5,196 bases of DNA from Paraspadella gotoi (taxonomy: Eukaryota > Animalia > Chaetognatha). Location: the NCBI GenBank assembly GCA_051294375.1, contig JBJCIZ010000097.1, positions 1 to 5,196 of the forward strand, given 5' to 3'. The first letter of the stretch is position 1, and every line of letters starts with the position of its first letter. The notes under the pieces are model-generated. The model was given only the letters and a program-made list of their open reading frames with translations, was not told where the DNA came from and ran no database searches. The translations under genes and the position numbers were made by a program. Below are positions 1-5,196 of this stretch, one piece after another.

Positions 1-87
1 GGGGGCGAGGAGACGGATGATATTGCCAGGGACCATGGTGAGGATAAATTTGAGAACGACAATGAGAAAGACGAACACGACAAAGGC
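1..87 (-). CDS. Candidate partial coding exon running off the window edge; phase-0 reading AFVVFVFLIVVLKFILTMVPGNIIRLLAP (hydrophobic, TM-like), product unknown
   Basis: Minus strand reads TTTTAATTTTTTATTTGCGATAG|GCCTTT: a T-rich tract plus TAG acceptor (90-88) at an abrupt switch to GC-richer sequence. Phase-0 codons mostly end in C. All three minus frames are open, and plus frame 1 (1-138, acidic, ends TGA) is also open, so strand and frame are uncertain. Confidence 0.4.
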
Positions 88-554
88 CTATCGCAAATAA
101 AAATTAAAACACACACACAAAAAAAAGAACACGGTTGAATACCGTTATCTGCCACCGATACGTAAATCTGTTAAAAAAATTCTCTTCAAGCACTGATTTT
201 TATCAGAGTTTTCTCGGACGGAACGATCGCAAAATCTGGACGTCACTTTTATCGACGATTATCTCGTGTGTGTTTAGAGCGAAATCATAAATTATCATCA
301 TGATCTCTCAGATATTGCGAGCTCAAATAACTTCACGTTCCATTGGGCATTACAATTTCAGATCAAACCTCAGCATAAAAAAATGGCCATAATTAGCATG
401 ACTGACTTGGTAAGCAGCCTGATAATCACCAAAAAGCAAAAATCAAAAAAGCTAATCTCAAAAGCTTGAGCTAAAAATACCTAAACAACCTTCGGTGGCC
501 TCTGTTGGCCAAGAAAGTGGAACCGCAATATAGAGAAGATTAAATATATCATAT

Positions 555-608
555 ATACACAATGTGTATTACACATATCATATATTTCATATTAAATATA
601 TGAAATAT
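555..608. repeat. AT-rich cluster of short inverted repeats
   Basis: ATACACA-A-TGTGTAT (555-569) overlaps ATGTGTA-T-TACACAT (562-576). An 11-bp perfect stem ATATTTCATAT (582-592) / ATATGAAATAT (598-608) has a 5-nt loop. Confidence 0.75.
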
Positions 609-790
609 TATACCACTTCATTGATAGGGAAGCCAGGTTTACTGGGAGTGAATAAACGAGACAGAGAGTCATTATCTTGTAAGAGTGATGGAGGCCTTAA
701 ACCACCAAAGCCTGTCCAAAGTCAGGGGCAAGATATTTATTTATTTATTAAATGAATGAATAATTTTTATATTGGTTGTAACATTTCATA
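601..790 (-). repeat. Repeat copy A (inverted relative to copies B and C)
   Basis: Reverse complement aligns along its length to 1853-2075. 698-727 is an exact 30-nt reverse complement of 2220-2249, and 760-780 is an exact 21-nt reverse complement of 1865-1885. Ends are approximate. Confidence 0.92.
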
Positions 791-979
791 TATCATGAAT
801 AGAATGAAGATTAAAAGTTTGATTTTAACGAATTCAAAAAGAAATATATCCGGAAGACAATACTAACCTCCCTGCTAAAGTAGGTAATATTTGAAATTAA
901 AAGTTAAAAATGTTTTTCTTTAATAAACAAAGTTTATTACCTTAAGAAAATTATCACCTTTTCTGATTGAAAGATTTTG

Positions 980-1023
980 TGACCTCGCGTCCGGTCATTT
1001 TTACCTGGTCATTTAGTTGACCT
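980..1023. promoter_or_regulatory. Cluster of four GGTCA/TGACC motifs (nuclear-receptor half-site-like)
   Basis: TGACCT 980-985, CGGTCA 992-997, TGGTCA 1006-1011, TGACCT 1018-1023. The motifs are seen directly; regulatory function is inference. Confidence 0.25.
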
Positions 1024-1453
1024 TTTCAGACCAGTCTTTTCACTGTTCTCGTCGCTTTCTCGTAGCCTTCTTTTATCCGAAAACCTCGTCACTTGTTATT
1101 CGTTCATAATCGTTTCTCTGGAAAGATCGGCTGTATGGAACCGTAGTTTTATTTAGATTTTTTCTACACTGATATTTCAAAAAAATGCCTTTAAAAGTAT
1201 GGAACAGTTATTTTGTAACTTTAATAGAAAAACAAATTTCCCTTACAGATGTTTGTTTTTAAAACCATTGAAAGAAATTGAAACGAAGACATTAGTCTAT
1301 CTGACAGTGAAAATCCTTCGGAAAGACTCATTTGCATCTGACCCCACACGTTTGAGGAAAGTCAAAAAATCTCATGTTTCTTCCATCCTCGTTCTATTTC
1401 TTAACCTTCCCCCCCCCCACCCTCTTTCTAGCTTCGCTTTTTACATAAGATTT

Positions 1454-1530
1454 TCACGGATTCGTGAGTACCGCGGAGCACTCTATAAGTCACTTTTCGG
1501 TCGGTCGGTCCGTCGGTATGTTTGTCATCG
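1454..1530 (+). mobile_element. Probable 5' fragment of a non-autonomous Helentron-associated (HINE / DINE-1-like) element
   Basis: Imperfect hairpin GAGTAC-CGCGGA-GCACTC (1466-1483), then TATAAGTCACTTT, then a (TCGG)n/TCCG tetranucleotide microsatellite. This order matches the 5' inverted repeat plus GTCY-type microsatellite layout of DINE-1-like elements. No convincing matching 3' subterminal repeat was found. Confidence 0.4.
1497..1516 (+). repeat. Tetranucleotide microsatellite (TCGG)3-TCCG-TCGG
   Basis: Directly visible: tcgg tcgg tcgg tccg tcgg. Confidence 0.9.
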
Positions 1531-1852
1531 GTCTCTTCACTACCTTAAAAAACGCTTATAACTTGCCTATAGTTTTTGCTCATTTGTTAAAAATCAAATC
1601 TAAGCGACTTACTGGCGCACCTTTTGTTTTTAAAAAAAAAAGATAGTAAAAAAAAAGTAATGCGGTCGCAACACCTTGGAATACAGTTCCTTGTTTTCCT
1701 TTTAATAACCGTCATGAAGATATTTTTTTCCAATTTAAATAATCGATATGGAAATTTATTATTAATATGCCGACCAAACAGAAAAACCCTCGCATACAAA
1801 TTTAAAAGAGAAAACGACGAAAAAAAGTTTTTAAAACGTAAAAATTGCCAGT

Positions 1853-2075
1853 TATGAAAATTGGTACAACCAATATAAAAATTATCCATTCATTTAATAA
1901 TAGTATCTGTCCCGACTTTGGACAGGCTTTTGGGGTTTATAAGGCCACCATCACACTTACAAGATAATAACATAGCAGGTTCTGCAAGCTTTCAATCAAG
2001 ACTCTCTCACAGTCTTAATTATTCACGTCATCCACAGTGAACCTGGCTTCCTATCATGAATGAGTATATATTTCA
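1853..2075 (+). repeat. Repeat copy B
   Basis: Direct repeat of 2161-2342 (TTGGTACAAC at 1861 and 2164, offset 303) and inverted repeat of 601-790. Carries a 31-nt segment (1969-1999) absent from copy A. Confidence 0.92.
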
Positions 2076-2160
2076 AGATGTTTCAATTGTATGAAAGACA
2101 CTCCTAAGTATGCTCGGACTAATGACTCCTAGCATCAAAATACAAGAAGCTGAATTTATT

Positions 2161-2342
2161 AAATTGGTACAACCAATTATAAAAATTATCCATTCATTTA
2201 AATAAATAAGCTATCTGGTCCCTGACTTTGGACAGGCTTTGGTGGTTTAGGCCTCCATCACACTTACAAGATATAAGCATAAGCAGGTTTCTGCAAGCTT
2301 TCAATCAAGAACTCTCTCACAGTCTTATATTCCACTCCCAGT
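2161..2342 (+). repeat. Repeat copy C (tandem duplicate of B)
   Basis: Shares AAATTGGTACAACCAAT, GACTTTGGACAGGCTTT, CCATCACACTTACAAGATA, CTGCAAGCTTTCAATCAAGA and ACTCTCTCACAGTCTTA with copy B. Differences are mostly small indels. Confidence 0.92.
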
Positions 2343-2893
2343 GTAATATCATCGCAGGAAATGGACCAGTAGATGGATCAGATATATTTGAAGTTATGTG
2401 ATATATTTGTCTTTCTCGAACTCTCAAAAAAAAATTGTTTCTGAGATTCGAATGTTGTATAGACAATTAGACATTTGAGTCCACAAGGTTTAGTATTTCT
2501 TTGATTAATCGGAAACGGCGCTTTTCAAATTTGAAATACGGAAATTGGGGGAAAAAAAGGGAATTGAGGCGGTGTCTCGAAACGATATCATAATTAAACG
2601 TTGGGCATATGAAGTATTGTACAAAACAATTTATTCAATCTATCATATCATTCCTGAGTTTTTTTGGTTTGTAGTTTTAACTTTTAACACAAAAATCAGA
2701 TCGTCCGGGCCTTAGACTGAAGACTCCAAATGGGAAGAACTTGTAATAACGTTAACCGCTTTGGAGGCATAACATACACTCATAACAATAAGACAAACGC
2801 CTCCATATAACAAAAACTTTAGGAAGGAACTTTTTATCTTTCAAACTTACTCCATAATATTTTAAACATTTCAATGATCGCAATTTTACTCGT

Positions 2894-2902
2894 ACTTACC
2901 TT
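2894..2902 (-). other. Consensus 5' splice donor site AAG|GTAAGT
   Basis: Plus strand ACTTACCTT (2894-2902) is a perfect U1-type donor consensus on the minus strand, with the junction at 2900/2899. Actual use is unproven. Confidence 0.3.
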
Positions 2903-3764
2903 TTATAAATGGTTCAAGAAGTAGTCCTCGAAATTTAAATCCAATTAAATTGATTAAATGAGTATTTATCCTCGGTCTTGTTCTTTGTTGTTTTTTTTTT
3001 TTTGGTCTTTGTAATGATCGTTTTTGATAGAGAAAGTGTTTAGATTTAGGTAGAAAGATGATACTATTATTAACCCTAATCGGCCTGAATTTAAGTCAAA
3101 AGCTTTTTATTTGAGTGATATTAAAACAACTAGCGAACAATACTTTGAACTGAATCAAAGTCCAATCTCTGATACACATCGGTAAAAAATGTCGAAAGGT
3201 TCTAAAAAATAAAAACAATAGCAAAATTAGTTCATAGTACAATTTTCTTTACTGAACGAATTATTCTCGTTGCAACTCAGAAACAATCTTCTCGAAAAAA
3301 AAATGTTTTTTCAAGGTCTTTTTTAAAAGTTAGTTTCAAACCACTCTTGGTTTGGTGGAACCCAGAAAACATAATAGACGCAACACCAATAAGTAGTTTC
3401 TATGATCATATTTCGCCCCCACTTTCCGTAATTCAGTCTCTTTATATAATACCACTACACAAGTACACAGGTTCACGATGGATGTTGTCTACATTTTTTC
3501 GTTTTCTCCGCAAGTATTTATTTTCACTCTTTAAAAAAGACATTGTCTCAATGTAACGATGCCTCCGTGGACATATTTTTCAAAAAGACGCTTCACTTAC
3601 TTTTCGCAAAAAAACTTTTTCCCCCAAATGATTTTAACGGCGAAAATCGCTGAAAAAAATCTTTCTTTAAAAAAAAAAAAATCGTCTCGAAAAAAAAAAG
3701 TGCGGAAAGTGACGAGACACTTTGACGCCGCAAACGAGATCACGGCTCGAACAGAAAAGGATTC

Positions 3765-4300
3765 GGCGCGGGAGACGCGAGGAGAGGAGTGTGGGAGGAG
3801 TGGCCGAGTGCGGAAGAAGGGGGAGGGTTTGTAGGAGTGGTAAAGAGCAGGAGGAAGGGAACTTGGTTTGCAGAATGCGGAGAAAGGAGTGGTTGGAGCA
3901 TAGGAAGGAAGTAGGCAAGGAGAGTGGCGAAGATTGAGAATCGGAGGAGGATTTGGAGCATAAGGTTTTATGATGAGTTGCGAAAGGGTGAAGTAAAGAG
4001 AAGGTTATGAACATTTCAAGAAAAGAAAAGGAAGATGACGTTGAGGAGATAAGAAGAGGAAGATCGTGTTGGAGGATTTGAGTTATTGATTGAAAAAAGA
4101 AAGGTGGTAAAAAATGAGGGTTTGCAGGAGTGGCGAAAGCTGAGGGAGAAGAGTTTGTAGGAGTGGCAGGAGTTAAGGAAGGAGGGTAGGCATGTGTGTT
4201 CAGGGCTGAGGAGGAATAATAATGAGGCGAAAAGTAAAAGGCTCTATTCGCGTTTAGTGTAAAGAAAGCAAGGCTGATTAGGAAAGGGAGTGGCCACTTC
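3765..4300 (+). repeat. Purine-rich degenerate minisatellite-like block with core GGTTTGYAGGAGTGG
   Basis: GAGTGG starts at 3798, 3835, 3887, 3922, 4128, 4161 and 4288, with variant GAGTTGCGAAAG at 3975. GAGGGTTTGYAGGAGTGG occurs at 3823-3840 and 4116-4133 (17/18 identical). The plus strand is strongly G/A skewed. Confidence 0.75.
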
Positions 4301-4403
4301 TGAATGGTGGCACAAACAAGGTCGCCTACTTAGAAATCGCGAAGTGCTCGTGGGAAAGAGAGGTTTTACCAGAAGAAAGGAAATAAAAACAGAAAGTACA
4401 GAG

Positions 4404-4429
4404 GACAAGTTAAAAGACAAGTTAAAAGA
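4404..4429 (+). repeat. Perfect 12-bp tandem duplication GACAAGTTAAAA x2
   Basis: Units at 4404-4415 and 4416-4427, followed by GA. Confidence 0.9.
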
Positions 4430-4710
4430 AAATCGGTCCAAGCACAAGAGGTTAAAAATACCTTAATTTTCTTCTGCTCTGACATTCTGTTTGAGTGCTT
4501 GTTGTAACTTCGTAGTTACTTTGAAAAAAATCACTGCTTCGTAACGGATAACCACGTATTAACCAAATTTACACCAATAGTTCCTTTTTCTATGAATATT
4601 ATTCACTTATAATATCTTTCATTTTAAAGCAATCTAACTCGATTTATTTTCATAATGTTTTTGGGTGTCCTCTTTTTCTGCACAGGTCTGTAAGCTAAAG
4701 GGAAAAAAAT

Positions 4711-4747
4711 AGAAAGAGAGAGATAGGGAGAGAGAAAGAAAGTGAGA
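4711..4747 (+). repeat. Degenerate GA-rich microsatellite
   Basis: agaaagagagagatagggagagagaaagaaagtgaga. Confidence 0.75.
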
Positions 4748-4867
4748 TTGATTTGATTTCATTTATTATACTCATAAAGCGATTAAAACACATTTAAAAT
4801 CGAAAAATAGGATTGTGATCGAGCTGTACATAGATAATAAGTACCTAAAAGTATGTACATTGAAATA

Positions 4868-4909
4868 AAAGTTATTTAAAGTTATTAAAGCTATTTAAAG
4901 TTATTTAAA
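4868..4909 (+). repeat. 10-bp tandem repeat AAAGTTATTT x4
   Basis: aaagttattt / aaagttatt / aaagctattt / aaagttattt / aaa. Confidence 0.9.
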
Positions 4910-5122
4910 ACGCATGTTAATAACAAGGTGAATGAGTTACTTATTTACAAATCACAACATATGGAAGCTTTTCTATATTTGACATTCCAAACTTGTGCGA
5001 TATTTCGAATAATTTTAGTCAAAGTTACATAGTTTTTATAACGAAAGTTATAAAATTTAATTTTACTGTCTGTTTCAGAAAAAAATGATGTTTTGAAGTT
5101 TTATACAATAATTGAGTCGATT

Positions 5123-5165
5123 AGAGAGAGAGAGAGTGTGAGAGAGATAGATAGAAAGATAGATA
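5123..5165 (+). repeat. Compound (AG)n/(TG)n/(GATA)n microsatellite
   Basis: agagagagagagagtgtgagagagatagatagaaagatagata. Confidence 0.9.
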
Positions 5166-5196
5166 ATTGTACATGGACCTAGGTACCTTCTGCAAG

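Noticed and set aside
564-755. 63-aa ORF
   Set aside because: Starts in AT low-complexity sequence and overlaps repeat A; the frame is not preserved in copies B and C.
862-880. Possible minus-strand microexon TTTAGCAG|GGAG|GTTAGT
   Set aside because: A 4-7 nt exon cannot be supported without transcript data.
1199-1889. Overlapping ORFs of 60-120 aa on both strands
   Set aside because: K/F/L/N-rich translations of homopolymer runs and a microsatellite, with no recognisable domain.
3070-3086. TTAA-CCCT piggyBac-like end, or telomere-like TAACCCTAA
   Set aside because: No matching inverted partner (AAGAGGTTAA at 4446-4455 does not match beyond a few bases), and only a single telomeric unit.
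3337-3354. 7-bp hairpin CAAACCA-CTCT-TGGTTTG as a terminator
   Set aside because: No U-tract or upstream gene, the context looks eukaryotic, and such a stem can arise by chance.
3798-4293. CRISPR-like array
   Set aside because: The conserved core is only 6-18 nt, spacing is irregular, the linkers resemble each other and no cas genes are present.
3347-4447. ORFs over and around the purine-rich block
   Set aside because: Several overlapping frames are open because of compositional skew; the products are low-complexity and several use non-ATG starts.
5188-5196. TTCTGCAAG matching the 31-nt insert of copies B and C
   Set aside because: Only 9 nt at the window edge, and the upstream bases do not align.

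Overview
AT-rich, mostly non-coding DNA that looks eukaryotic (invertebrate/arthropod-like by inference): long homopolymer runs, microsatellites, splice-like signals, and no operon-like gene packing. None of the supplied ORFs resembles a protein family I recognise. The clearest structure is a ~190-220 bp repeat in three copies: one on the minus strand (601-790) and two tandem plus-strand copies 303 bp apart (1853-2075, 2161-2342). These form an inverted-repeat pair around ~1.06 kb. That enclosed segment holds a cluster of four GGTCA/TGACC sites, a candidate minus-strand exon, and a hairpin plus (TCGG)n module resembling the 5' end of a Helentron-associated (DINE-1-like) element. A ~530 bp purine-rich block (3765-4300) is built from a degenerate GGTTTGYAGGAGTGG unit. 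Bases 1-87 are plausibly the start of a minus-strand coding exon, so much of the window may be intronic. I find no CRISPR array, RNA gene or intact transposase. I cannot claim a new biological system; the findings are hypotheses to test.
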